A stretch of 64,000 nt of DNA from IMG/VR virus record IMGVR_UViG_3300031134_000466; one strand, 5' to 3'. Positions 1 through 9,095 of this stretch are shown here, one piece after another. This DNA comes from a virus. Lineage: Duplodnaviria > Heunggongvirae > Uroviricota > Caudoviricetes. Numbering within the stretch: the stretch's first letter is position 1; every line of letters starts with the position of its first letter. Below the pieces are notes generated by a model. It searched no databases, had not been told where the DNA came from, and saw only the letters and a program-made list of their open reading frames with translations. A program made the translations under genes and the position numbers.

Positions 1-42
1 ATCAACGGTAAGATTCGTCCTGTAGAAAAAGCTCAAGGAGCA

Positions 43-1527
43 ATGTTCCAGTTGCGTCCCCACCAGCAAGAAGGTGCAGACCTTATCAAGAAGGCAGGAG
101 CGACCGGTGGACGAGGTTTCATCGTTGCTGACGCCACTGGGGTAGGTAAGAGTCTTACAGGTCTTATAGGGGCGTCAGAGGCTGCAAGAGCTAAAGGCTT
201 CACAGCTCAGAAGAAAGCTAAAATGCTCATCATCTGCCCAAACGGGGCTGTTCCTCACTGGAAGAACACCATTCGTCACTCAGGTGTTGACAATCTTCGA
301 TGCCTGGTCATCAACTACGAGCAATACAAGAAACTACTTACCGTTCCCAAATCTGCTGAGACAGTGAAGAAGACAAAAACGAAGAACAAGCACATTGCTG
401 AATCAGGGAAACCTTACATTTTGTGGGACTTCATTATCTGTGACGAGTCGCATAAAATCAAAAATCAGACTTCCCAGCGAACGCAGGCATTCGAACGGGT
501 TGCTCAATACAGTGCTGACGCATCCCGTGCACCTTTCGTGATTTGGATGTCAGCTACCATCGGGCAGACACCCTTAGAGTTAGGTTACTTAGCCCCACTG
601 ATTGGTCAATTCGCTGGACAGAATTTGACTATGGAAACTTACCCTGCTTGGTTGCATGCGAATGGTTTCCATGTGAAGAAATCAAAGAGTGGCACTTGGA
701 CTTGGGTGAAACCAGCAAGTCCTGAAGATGCAGTATCCAGAGCTCAACAGAAGCAGGACGTTGAAAGACTTGCTGCTACTCTGTTCCATCCTAAAGCTCC
801 TTCCATCCGCCGTAAACCAGAAGACATTGCCGGCTGGCCATCAGTGAACCGCATTGCTTTGCCAGTTACTTTAGGCATGGAGGCAGAGAAGGAATACCAG
901 AAACTGTGGACAGAGTTCCGCAAAGCCATGAATTTGAAGATGAAAGGTAAAAACCCTACATCAGTTCTTGCTGAGCAACTCAGATTCTCGCAGAAAGCAT
1001 CTCTGTTACGAACTGCACAAACAGTTGACAACATTGTTGATTTGTTAGAAAACGGCTACCAGGTTGCTGTTTCGGTTCGATTCATTGAGAGTCTGGAAGC
1101 CATCAAAAGTTCACTGAGCAAACTGGGAGTGGATGTATCAGAATACTCTGGACGTAAATTCATCAACAAAGAGCATGAAAGAATTCTGTTCCAGAAAGGT
1201 GACAACAAAGTTATCTTGTTCACAGTTGAAGAAGCAGTTTCTTTCCATGCGAAAGAGCAACTCCCTGACGGTTCGTTAGCTTCGCCATTCCCACGAGCCA
1301 CTCTTATTCATGACATGCGTTACTCCGCATTGTCCATGACTCAAATTATTGGTCGTACCCACCGTGATGGCCAGTTAGCTAACGCTTACTTCTTGTACGC
1401 AGAGGGTACTGTGGAGAAGACAATTATGGATATCATGCTGAACAAGATGGAGAATATGACTATTTTGTCGGGGGATGAAGAGGAAGATTCCATTATGGAA
1501 ATCATGGAGTCTGTCCTGGCAGGCTAA
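43..1527 (+). CDS. SNF2/DExH-family helicase (possibly 5'-truncated: frame is open to nt 1)
   Basis: Motif I-like LRPHQxEG, Walker A-like GVGKS, DExH box ICDESHK, motif VI QIIGRTHRDGQ; no stop between nt 1 and the first ATG. Confidence 0.8.
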   Translation: MFQLRPHQQEGADLIKKAGATGGRGFIVADATGVGKSLTGLIGASEAARAKGFTAQKKAKMLIICPNGAVPHWKNTIRHSGVDNLRCLVINYEQYKKLLTVPKSAETVKKTKTKNKHIAESGKPYILWDFIICDESHKIKNQTSQRTQAFERVAQYSADASRAPFVIWMSATIGQTPLELGYLAPLIGQFAGQNLTMETYPAWLHANGFHVKKSKSGTWTWVKPASPEDAVSRAQQKQDVERLAATLFHPKAPSIRRKPEDIAGWPSVNRIALPVTLGMEAEKEYQKLWTEFRKAMNLKMKGKNPTSVLAEQLRFSQKASLLRTAQTVDNIVDLLENGYQVAVSVRFIESLEAIKSSLSKLGVDVSEYSGRKFINKEHERILFQKGDNKVILFTVEEAVSFHAKEQLPDGSLASPFPRATLIHDMRYSALSMTQIIGRTHRDGQLANAYFLYAEGTVEKTIMDIMLNKMENMTILSGDEEEDSIMEIMESVLAG

Positions 1528-1533
1528 CTATAA

Positions 1534-1569
1534 TGGATAAGGGTCCTCCAAAATAAGGACCCTTATCCA
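1534..1569 (+). terminator. stem-loop (13-14 bp stem) downstream of helicase gene
   Basis: Inverted repeat tggataagggtcc ... ggacccttatcca immediately after the stop codon; no strong T-tract. Confidence 0.35.
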
Positions 1570-1635
1570 TTCATGAGTATGAATTGACCGATAAAGAGTA
1601 AGTAATTTCCTTTATCCCCTTGAAAGTTTCTATTC

Positions 1636-2751
1636 ATGCTTGCCCTCAATAAGGTTTTGCAGTCCTCTAAAGCTGCTATTGATTTAGCATCAATTATGGT
1701 TGGTGTCATCATCATTGGTTTGATCGGTGGTGTTATCGCTGCTACTGTTTTCGCTGTCATTCCTTGGTCTCAAGACAAAGCAGCGAAGCAGCAGCTGGAT
1801 TCTGTCCATACTGCAGAGAACGCGTTCTTTGGTTTATCCTCTGACCCAAGCCAGAATCTTGTTGGAGGCAAAAAGAACAGCTTTACGAACTCAGCTGAAT
1901 TAGCTTCAAATAATTTGCTGACTTCAAATGCTAACTACTGCGCAGTGAACACTGTTGACGGCAAAGACTACCACGCTTATGCTAAGTCTAGTTCAGGTAA
2001 AACATTCTATGCTTTGAACAGTAACAAACAAGCCCAGGTCTTCACTGGTGCCTACCCTTGTATCACTGATGCTAACGGAGTAGTTATTGTTGACCCTACC
2101 GTCGATAACGGCACAACTCCAGTGGGAACAACTCCTGGAACTGCCCCAACTACTCCTACCCCAACACCTGGTTCAGATTACGGAGTACCAGTCGGCACAG
2201 TAGTTTATTCTACTGATTTTGAAGGAGAAGCTTTCAACGCTCTTCCAGCTGGCTGGAATTACTATAATTCCAGCGGTACTAATGGCACTGGTGCGAACTT
2301 GAAAGTTAAGACAACAGACTCTAACGCAATATCCGCTAACCGGGCTCAATACTCTGGATTGTACGCAAACTTCAGTAGAATAAACGCCACAAAAGCCCTC
2401 GAAATGCGAAACGCAGCAAATAATGGTTATATAACCGGACCTACAGTAACTCTTACTCCAGGTACATATTCAGCTTCTGGTTATACGGCAAAAGGTGCAA
2501 ACGGTTCTTGGAACACCTGGACTTTGAGTGCTAAAAAAACTACTGGTGCAACAGTAGCATCGACAACATGGACTCCAGGGTTCCAATCTAACGGAGGGAC
2601 TTCAGCTTATGTTTGGGAGACCCATGGAGTAGATTTCACTGTAACAGAAGAAGGCACTTACTATCTCAACTGGACTGGAACTGATGCAGGGGAGACTACT
2701 TCTTATCTCATGATTGACGACGTGAAGATTATTAAGACCGGAACACTCTAA
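1636..2751 (+). CDS. Pilin/pseudopilin-like (TadE-like N-terminus) membrane-anchored surface protein, paralog A
   Basis: N-term basic stretch then AAIDLAS-IMVGVIIIGLIGGVIAATVF hydrophobic helix and VIPWSQDKAAKQQL, resembling type IV pilin/TadE N-terminal helix; Thr/Pro linker TPVGTTPGTAPTTPTPTPGS; C-terminal Gly/Thr-rich domain; first ~170 aa about 75% identical to the next ORF. Confidence 0.55.
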   Translation: MLALNKVLQSSKAAIDLASIMVGVIIIGLIGGVIAATVFAVIPWSQDKAAKQQLDSVHTAENAFFGLSSDPSQNLVGGKKNSFTNSAELASNNLLTSNANYCAVNTVDGKDYHAYAKSSSGKTFYALNSNKQAQVFTGAYPCITDANGVVIVDPTVDNGTTPVGTTPGTAPTTPTPTPGSDYGVPVGTVVYSTDFEGEAFNALPAGWNYYNSSGTNGTGANLKVKTTDSNAISANRAQYSGLYANFSRINATKALEMRNAANNGYITGPTVTLTPGTYSASGYTAKGANGSWNTWTLSAKKTTGATVASTTWTPGFQSNGGTSAYVWETHGVDFTVTEEGTYYLNWTGTDAGETTSYLMIDDVKIIKTGTL

Positions 2752-2846
2752 GTTATATAAAAATACGATAGAGATTCCAACAGTCAACTTAGAATCGTCG
2801 CAACCAATATCTTATCAAAATTATCCCCTAAAGAAAGTACCTAACT

Positions 2847-4235
2847 ATGCTTACCCTGAATAAGGTTTTGCAGTCCTCCAAAGCTGCTATTGACTTAGCT
2901 TCCATTATGGTTGGTGTCATCATCATTGGTTTAATCGGTGGAGTCATCTCAGCAACAGTTTTTGCTGTTATCCCTTGGTCCCAGGACAAAGCAGCAAAAC
3001 AGCAGTTAGAATCAATTCACACAGCTGAGAACGCTTTCTACGGCTTTAGTGCTGATGCGTCGACTACGCTGAAAAATAAAACAAACAGCACCCGCGAACT
3101 CAGGAATACATTTGCCGATTCAGCTGAACTGGCTTCCAACGCACTCCTGACATCAAACCCTAACTATTGTGTTGTACCTACTGCTGATGGCAAAGACTAT
3201 CACGCTTATTCAAAGTCTGGTTCAGGTAAGACTTTCTATGCTTTGAACAGCAACAAGCAAGCACAAGTTTTCACAGGCGCTTTCCCCTGTGTCGTTGACG
3301 CCTCTACTGGTGTTGTGGGTGTCGACCCAGCTGTAGACAACGGAACCTCCCCTGTAGGTGTTACTCCAGGAAGCACTGGCGGAACAGGTGGCGGAACAAC
3401 TGCACCTGGCACTGGTTCTGGTGGCACTGGCGGAGGAACAACTCCTACGGCTCCTGTGAATCCTCTTGCTTTGACCATCAACTGCCCTGCAAATATCAAT
3501 AAATATGCAACCCCAACAATTGATTTTGTCGGTAAAGCCCTTCTCAGCGATGGAGTAGAAAAAACTTACACGTCTCCTTCTAACCCAATTTTTGATGTCA
3601 CCCCAGGCAAAACTTACACTATTCAGATGACTGGTACTTACAGTCAGATGAGCAGTATTAGTGTAGCCAGTGCCCCTTGCTTGGTAAGTGTCGATTCATG
3701 GGGAGATACTTCTAAGTTCAACAACATCGCAAACGGTTTTTACGGTTCTACTAACTTAGTATCAGTTCCAGATACATTACCTCCGCTTATTACTACTTTA
3801 GCAAACACCTTTTACGGGGCAACTAAGTTCAACAGTCCCAACGTATCCAAATGGGACACCAGTAACGTAACAAAGATGAACAACACTTTCCGAGAAAATA
3901 CTGTGTTCAACCAAGATTTGAGCAAGTGGAACACCAGTAACGTAACAGATATGGTTGGTATGTTCTGGTTAGCTAATGCTTTCAATAGCAACATTAGTTC
4001 ATGGGACACCAGTAAAGTGACTGATATGTTTGCAATGTTCTACAAAGTGACATCGTTCAACCAAGACATCAGTGGATGGAACACCGTCAATGTGACTCGT
4101 ATGGCATCTATGTTTGATGGGGCTAAAGCTTTCAAGCAAAACCTGAGTGGATGGAATGTAGCGAAAGTTACAAATTATTCCAGCTTCAATACGAACGGCT
4201 TGTTGGTTGCAGCTGAACTTCCTAAGTTCAAGTAA
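2847..4235 (+). CDS. Pilin/pseudopilin-like anchored surface protein, paralog B, with C-terminal BspA/DUF285-type repeats
   Basis: Same N-terminal 170-aa module as paralog A; Gly-rich linker GSTGGTGGGTT...; about six repeats of the x(SKW/SSW/SGW)(D/N)TSNVT(x)M..MF..A..FNQDIS type typical of the Mycoplasma/BspA-like DUF285 LRR family. Confidence 0.55.
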   Translation: MLTLNKVLQSSKAAIDLASIMVGVIIIGLIGGVISATVFAVIPWSQDKAAKQQLESIHTAENAFYGFSADASTTLKNKTNSTRELRNTFADSAELASNALLTSNPNYCVVPTADGKDYHAYSKSGSGKTFYALNSNKQAQVFTGAFPCVVDASTGVVGVDPAVDNGTSPVGVTPGSTGGTGGGTTAPGTGSGGTGGGTTPTAPVNPLALTINCPANINKYATPTIDFVGKALLSDGVEKTYTSPSNPIFDVTPGKTYTIQMTGTYSQMSSISVASAPCLVSVDSWGDTSKFNNIANGFYGSTNLVSVPDTLPPLITTLANTFYGATKFNSPNVSKWDTSNVTKMNNTFRENTVFNQDLSKWNTSNVTDMVGMFWLANAFNSNISSWDTSKVTDMFAMFYKVTSFNQDISGWNTVNVTRMASMFDGAKAFKQNLSGWNVAKVTNYSSFNTNGLLVAAELPKFK

Positions 4236-4243
4236 CACTAATT

Positions 4244-4287
4244 AAATAGTTGAAGCCCTACTGAATTCAGTAGGGCTTCAACTATTT
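4244..4287. terminator. Perfect 22-bp-arm palindrome between convergent genes (bidirectional terminator candidate)
   Basis: aaatagttgaagccctactgaa|ttcagtagggcttcaactattt centred on GAATTC. Confidence 0.5.
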
Positions 4288-5107
4288 AACGACCGACATA
4301 ATGCTCTTTCAAAGCACTCCAAGACATAGGGATGATTTCCAAATCAAGAGTTGACAACTCCAAAAGAGCAAGGTTGTTTTTCGAACCATCCATGTCCAAC
4401 CCGATGCTGTGAAGAGTGTACTCATTCAGTCCATCATTCAGCACAGTTTCATGGTCTGCAAAGAAATGGTAATGACCATGAAGGAATAAGTCAGGTTTTA
4501 CTCCATCAACAGCTTGACGCATCATTGCACGTGACTGGTTTGCGTAACGCATCTCTGTTGGAGACCAGATACCATGGTCTTCTCGATGAGACCCGAACAG
4601 GTTCACCCCTGCAGGGCAGTCATGCGCCAGCATGATGTCAGCATGACCATGCATCACTGTCTTGAAGACATCATCCAGAGTAATCTGCTCAGCCTTCCAC
4701 CAGGTTCTATTCTCGGTACGACCAGTGAAGTCAATGCTGTTTGCTCCTCCAAGAGAGACAAAGGTACGACCATTCCACTCCCACCTTGCTCCACGGTCAG
4801 CTACAAGAATGTGAGGGTACTCAGGGTTGTAACGCCAGCCAGGGAACTGTGACGGTTGCAGCTGGCTGATTTGTACATAGTCCTCATGATTGCCCAAAGT
4901 CACGTACAAAACTTGCCCATTTGCCGCGAGACGTTTGTTAGTCTTGTAAAGATACTTTTGCCCATTGTTACCTGGCCAGAAACCGAAATCACCCAGATGA
5001 AGGATGTGCTTAATTCCAAGCTCAGCAAAACGTGCGATTGCGATACCAGCCCAGCCAGTATTACCATGCCAATCGCCTGCTACGCCAACAATGTCAAAAG
5101 TTTCCAT
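4286..5107 (-). CDS. Calcineurin-like metallophosphoesterase
   Basis: GDWHGN, GDFGFWPG, GNHED, HGHYH metal-ligand motifs in canonical order. Confidence 0.8.
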   Translation of the reverse strand: METFDIVGVAGDWHGNTGWAGIAIARFAELGIKHILHLGDFGFWPGNNGQKYLYKTNKRLAANGQVLYVTLGNHEDYVQISQLQPSQFPGWRYNPEYPHILVADRGARWEWNGRTFVSLGGANSIDFTGRTENRTWWKAEQITLDDVFKTVMHGHADIMLAHDCPAGVNLFGSHREDHGIWSPTEMRYANQSRAMMRQAVDGVKPDLFLHGHYHFFADHETVLNDGLNEYTLHSIGLDMDGSKNNLALLELSTLDLEIIPMSWSALKEHYVGR

Positions 5108-5148
5108 GACACAAGTGTATCACAGATGTTTGAAGAAAAGAACAAGAC

Positions 5149-5838
5149 TTAAGAACGCACAGCGATAGGGTTCAGTAAACCGTCAGTAGTTGGTGCCACT
5201 GGAGGGTTCTGCTCATCCCGTTCGGAAGAATACTTATTGGCGTTATCCATGAAGTCTTGGAAGGTTGGTTCTGAGAAAGCCATGCATGTTTGAGTTGCTC
5301 CCCATTGACTGAAAGCAATCAAACGACCAGAAGGCATGTCAGCATCAGCTGGCCAACTCAGAACAAGTAGCTTATCTTCATGAGTGTCATTCCATTTGTC
5401 AGCAAAGTCTCGAACGAACTCATACCCATCATCAGGGTAGTTAGTGGAAGTCCAAATAACTTTGTGACCTTCCCATTCAGCACGAAGAATCTCTTCGTTA
5501 CTGTAAGGATTACCTCGTGGTTCGATGCTCTCTATAGAGTCAGCGTCAAACGGAGCGGGTGACATGTACCCGTAAGCAGGGATAATCATTGGATGGCGGG
5601 GAACTTCTTCAGTGTAGTCTTCAGGAATGGTCCCGTACTGACCGTCCTTAGGGCTGAACACGAAAGTGTCACCACACTGGGTCAGGATACCGTTAGATGC
5701 GGGCGGAACACTGATACTGCCATAAGCGCTGTTCTGCTCAAGATTAGCTGAAGGTTGACTCAACGCTCCGAAAGCAAGCATAGAAACACCTGCCAGCAGA
5801 AAGCCAGACAAGATAAGTTTAGTTCCACGGTATAGCAT
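5149..5838 (-). CDS. Secreted protein of unknown function
   Basis: N-terminal signal peptide-like hydrophobic segment LILSGFLLAGVSMLAFGALS; no recognisable catalytic motif. Confidence 0.45.
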   Translation of the reverse strand: MLYRGTKLILSGFLLAGVSMLAFGALSQPSANLEQNSAYGSISVPPASNGILTQCGDTFVFSPKDGQYGTIPEDYTEEVPRHPMIIPAYGYMSPAPFDADSIESIEPRGNPYSNEEILRAEWEGHKVIWTSTNYPDDGYEFVRDFADKWNDTHEDKLLVLSWPADADMPSGRLIAFSQWGATQTCMAFSEPTFQDFMDNANKYSSERDEQNPPVAPTTDGLLNPIAVRS

Positions 5839-5887
5839 GATGACGTACTTATCGGCTTACACGTATAACCAGCCTATAATAGAGGTT

Positions 5888-6619
5888 ATGAATGATGTGG
5901 TTAGTGTCAACAGTCTGTTAGTGAAATACGAAGAGTTCACAGCAGTGAAAGATGTTTCTTTTTCCGTGGAAGCTGGTGAAGTGCGTGGTGTTCTGGGCGG
6001 AAACGGTGCAGGTAAATCCACAACCCTTCGAGTCCTTGGTGGAGTCATTAAACCCACCGCTGGTGAAATCACCATTGGAGGAGTGAGCACGAAAAGTTTC
6101 AAAGGCGCCAACAAAGCAAGAACGCTGACAGGGTATTGTCCTGACGTAGGTGGGCTTATTTCAGGAGCCACTCCTTTGGAACATGTTCGGCTTTTAGCTT
6201 CACTCCATCGAGACAAATCGCTGTATGAAAAAGGCCAAGTTGAAATCGAACGATTCAACTTAGCCGAATTTAAAAACACTCCAGTCTCTGGGTTCTCTCA
6301 CGGAATGATGAGACGACTCAGTGTTCTCCTTGCTTACATTTCAGCAGACAAATTACTCATTCTTGATGAGCCTTTCGACGGGGTTGACCCTCTTGGTGTT
6401 GACATTATTAACGCAGCTATCAGTGATGCTCGTGAAGCAGGCACAGCTGTCATTGTTTCCACACATCTTCAGAATCTTCTTGTTGATGTGTCAGACTCGG
6501 TAAACATCATGTCCAAAGGTGAACTGTTGCAGATTATCCCAGCTTCAGAGCTCATCGGTCCTGAAGGTGTGAACCGTTACACAACCATGCTGACTACCCA
6601 CACAGAGAAGAATGCATAA
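5888..6619 (+). CDS. ABC transporter ATP-binding protein (ABC-2/DrrA-like)
   Basis: Walker A GGNGAGKST, signature-like FSHGMMRRLSV, Walker B LLILDEPFDGVD, H-loop STHL; ATG at 5888 preceded by AGAGG; longer ORF begins 5837. Confidence 0.85.
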   Translation: MNDVVSVNSLLVKYEEFTAVKDVSFSVEAGEVRGVLGGNGAGKSTTLRVLGGVIKPTAGEITIGGVSTKSFKGANKARTLTGYCPDVGGLISGATPLEHVRLLASLHRDKSLYEKGQVEIERFNLAEFKNTPVSGFSHGMMRRLSVLLAYISADKLLILDEPFDGVDPLGVDIINAAISDAREAGTAVIVSTHLQNLLVDVSDSVNIMSKGELLQIIPASELIGPEGVNRYTTMLTTHTEKNA

Positions 6620-8191
6620 ATGAAACTGTTCTTTGCTGGGTTGAACGACTCATTCACTTTACTTGCCTTCCGTTTCGCTAACGCAAAACCATGGATGCAA
6701 ATAGCAGGCTTACTCTTCTTGCTTGGTGCAATCGGGGCTATTGCAGCGTCGCTGCAGACAACCTCATTCATCAGAGCAATCATGACAGCAACTCTGCCCG
6801 ATGATCCGACAGCAGAGACAGCCAGAGAGTTACAACAATTCCTGTCTGTATACCTGGAAATGTATACGACAGGTAACATGGAAGTATTCGTAACAGTAGC
6901 TGTAGCTCTGCTGTTAGGTTCCATTATCTTCGTACCGTTCTCAGGGTACGTAATTCACGGTATGGTGTCCCATAGTGAAATGGTTATTGTCAAGAATGGT
7001 GACACTTATAAAATCGGTGACAGTGTTCTGTTCCAGGTTATTTCATCCTTCACCCTTATCCAGCTCACTGGGTTGACCATTGCTGCCCAGCTGATAACTT
7101 TCGACTCGGCCTACCCTTCCTACGCTGTCATTTTTGCTTGGGGTATCTGGGTGTTCATGACAATCGTTACTGCTTTAGTTTCCTGGGTTGTCGAGTTCAT
7201 TTCCCGTAAGTTCGGTCGCAAAATGAGACTGTTGTTCTTAGGCATGTTCGTAGCAGTACTTGGACTTGTTCTGCTGATTGACCCTAAGCACGGAACCACA
7301 TTGTTCGGTGGAGCTAACACCGTGTTCGACTTCTTGAATCAGTTAGCAACTGGTGATGGAAAACTGCTGGTTGCATCGTTGGTCATCATTGCAGGCTTGA
7401 CAGCTGTTGCCATTTCAGCGTTGTCTTTGATGGCGTCACATACATTACAAATTCCAGAACCTTTGACGGTTTCTAAGACCAATGAGAAGCAAATCTCTGG
7501 AAGCTCTGTTCCTTTGAGTCCATTAGTGCTACTTACTCGTTTACTCTTCCGTTACAGCACTGTAACCAAACCAGTCATGACTTCCCTTGCATTCTCTCTC
7601 ATCATTGTTCTTCTACTCAAAGGTGAAAATGCTTTAACCACAACAATGATTGTGTTACCTCTTGCTGTTGGTGTTTCTTTCGGAGCGAACATCTTTGGTC
7701 TGATTAGCGGTTCAATCAACTGGTTGTTGTCAATCAACAAATGGCGGAGCAAGATGTTGAACGCTGGAATGATTGTCATTCTTGCCTCAATCGTCATCAT
7801 CTACGCTATTGTTTACGGCGTTGGTTTAGCTATTGGAACCATCGAATGGGACCAGTTGGTAAAAGTGATTCCCGCACTTATTTCTGTGACATCAGCAACA
7901 ACAATCATCTCCATCTACCTTTCAGTGAAGAAGCCTTTACCATTCTCAGGTAAATCTCGTGAGAACCTCATTTCTTCACCCACAGCTTTGATTGGTTATG
8001 TGTTTGTGCTGCTTGTCGGTGCCGGCGGTGCTGGTAACGTTGCACTCTTTGCCCCATCCCCATCATCATGGATTATCGCAGGAACAACACTGTTCATCAG
8101 CGTCATGAGCTACTTGTTACTTTACCGTACATGGATGAATACTGAAAAGTACACTAAGCGACTGTTGAAAGAAACCATCAACGCCGGTTAA
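6620..8191 (+). CDS. Polytopic membrane protein, probable ABC-2-type permease partner
   Basis: ATG overlaps/abuts the ATPase stop (TAAATG coupling); at least 10 predicted hydrophobic helices. Confidence 0.55.
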   Translation: MKLFFAGLNDSFTLLAFRFANAKPWMQIAGLLFLLGAIGAIAASLQTTSFIRAIMTATLPDDPTAETARELQQFLSVYLEMYTTGNMEVFVTVAVALLLGSIIFVPFSGYVIHGMVSHSEMVIVKNGDTYKIGDSVLFQVISSFTLIQLTGLTIAAQLITFDSAYPSYAVIFAWGIWVFMTIVTALVSWVVEFISRKFGRKMRLLFLGMFVAVLGLVLLIDPKHGTTLFGGANTVFDFLNQLATGDGKLLVASLVIIAGLTAVAISALSLMASHTLQIPEPLTVSKTNEKQISGSSVPLSPLVLLTRLLFRYSTVTKPVMTSLAFSLIIVLLLKGENALTTTMIVLPLAVGVSFGANIFGLISGSINWLLSINKWRSKMLNAGMIVILASIVIIYAIVYGVGLAIGTIEWDQLVKVIPALISVTSATTIISIYLSVKKPLPFSGKSRENLISSPTALIGYVFVLLVGAGGAGNVALFAPSPSSWIIAGTTLFISVMSYLLLYRTWMNTEKYTKRLLKETINAG

Positions 8192-8236
8192 ACGAATGAA
8201 GGCTGGAAGCCATATGACTTCCAGCCTTCATTCGTT
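8191..8236. terminator. 19-bp perfect stem-loop between convergent genes
   Basis: aacgaatgaaggctggaag ... cttccagccttcattcgtt. Confidence 0.5.
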
Positions 8237-8245
8237 TGTTACAGG

Positions 8246-8998
8246 TTAGCGAATCTGACGGTTTGCACGCTGCACCTGGATGTACTCAGGGTATTCGTCA
8301 AGGAGAGCGTTGTACAGCTCGGTGCTGGTCAGCTTGTCCACATCGCCAACAGGCTTGTAGTCAGCGTTGTCCACGTAACGAGTCTTCAGGTCGTCCAGCT
8401 TCACGAGGAAGGGGAACTCCTCGCTACCGATGGAGAGGAACTGCCAGAAGATGGGGACGAAGGAAGCCTTCACCAGGGACTCCTGGGCCAGCTTACGGCT
8501 GTCAGGGCTACCGTCTGTCAGGAAGGTGACGTGAACAGGAAGCTCAGCAGGAGCGGAGAGAGGAGCGTTAGGAGTGGCAGTCTTGCCGAAGAGGCCGCCG
8601 AGACCCTTCTTGGTGGGGAAGTAGTGGTCGCGGATGAGGTCGAAGGCAGCGTGGTAAGCGGTGCTGGTCTTGCGGCGGTTGCCAAGAAGCTTAGCGAGAC
8701 CGTCACGGAAGTTGTCGATGGTCAGTTCGCCCAGGTACTCAGCCTCACGACCGAAGATGAAGATGTCAATAGCACCATCATCGTCAATCTGCGAACCGAA
8801 AGCCAGAACCTTCTCAGCAAGACGCTGCATTGCACCGCTGTTGTAGTGGTTGGTCATGGACATGGAGAAGTCAAGGCAGAGGGCAACCTTCGCACGGTGA
8901 CCCTCCAGACCCTTGCTCTTCAGGGTGTGGTTAGCGTTCTTGGAGAGACTCAGAAGCTCAGGAGCCTTCTGCTCAATCTTATCAAGTGAAATAGCCAT
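8246..8998 (-). CDS. von Willebrand factor A (vWA) domain protein
   Basis: MIDAS motif D-x-S-x-S (LDFSMSM), later Thr and LTDGSPDS; overall vWA-like order. Confidence 0.65.
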   Translation of the reverse strand: MAISLDKIEQKAPELLSLSKNANHTLKSKGLEGHRAKVALCLDFSMSMTNHYNSGAMQRLAEKVLAFGSQIDDDGAIDIFIFGREAEYLGELTIDNFRDGLAKLLGNRRKTSTAYHAAFDLIRDHYFPTKKGLGGLFGKTATPNAPLSAPAELPVHVTFLTDGSPDSRKLAQESLVKASFVPIFWQFLSIGSEEFPFLVKLDDLKTRYVDNADYKPVGDVDKLTSTELYNALLDEYPEYIQVQRANRQIR

Positions 8999-9095
8999 AA
9001 CGGGTAAACCTTTCTAAAACTAATTGTTGTTACGTAAGTATTCGGTTCAAAACTGCAATAACTAAACCTTAGTCATCACAAAAGGGAAAGTCAAG

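Noticed and set aside
1563-1760. 65-aa minus-strand ORF spanning the helicase terminator and pilin gene start
   Set aside because: Overlaps the terminator hairpin and the conserved N-terminus of the pilin-like gene; it is the mirror of the hydrophobic helix coding region.
8531-8989. 152-aa ORF on the + strand (and others such as 8236-8529, 8661-8846) inside the vWA gene
   Set aside because: Antisense and wholly contained in a better-supported minus-strand gene with recognisable MIDAS motifs; Ala/Ser/Val-rich composition typical of shadow frames.
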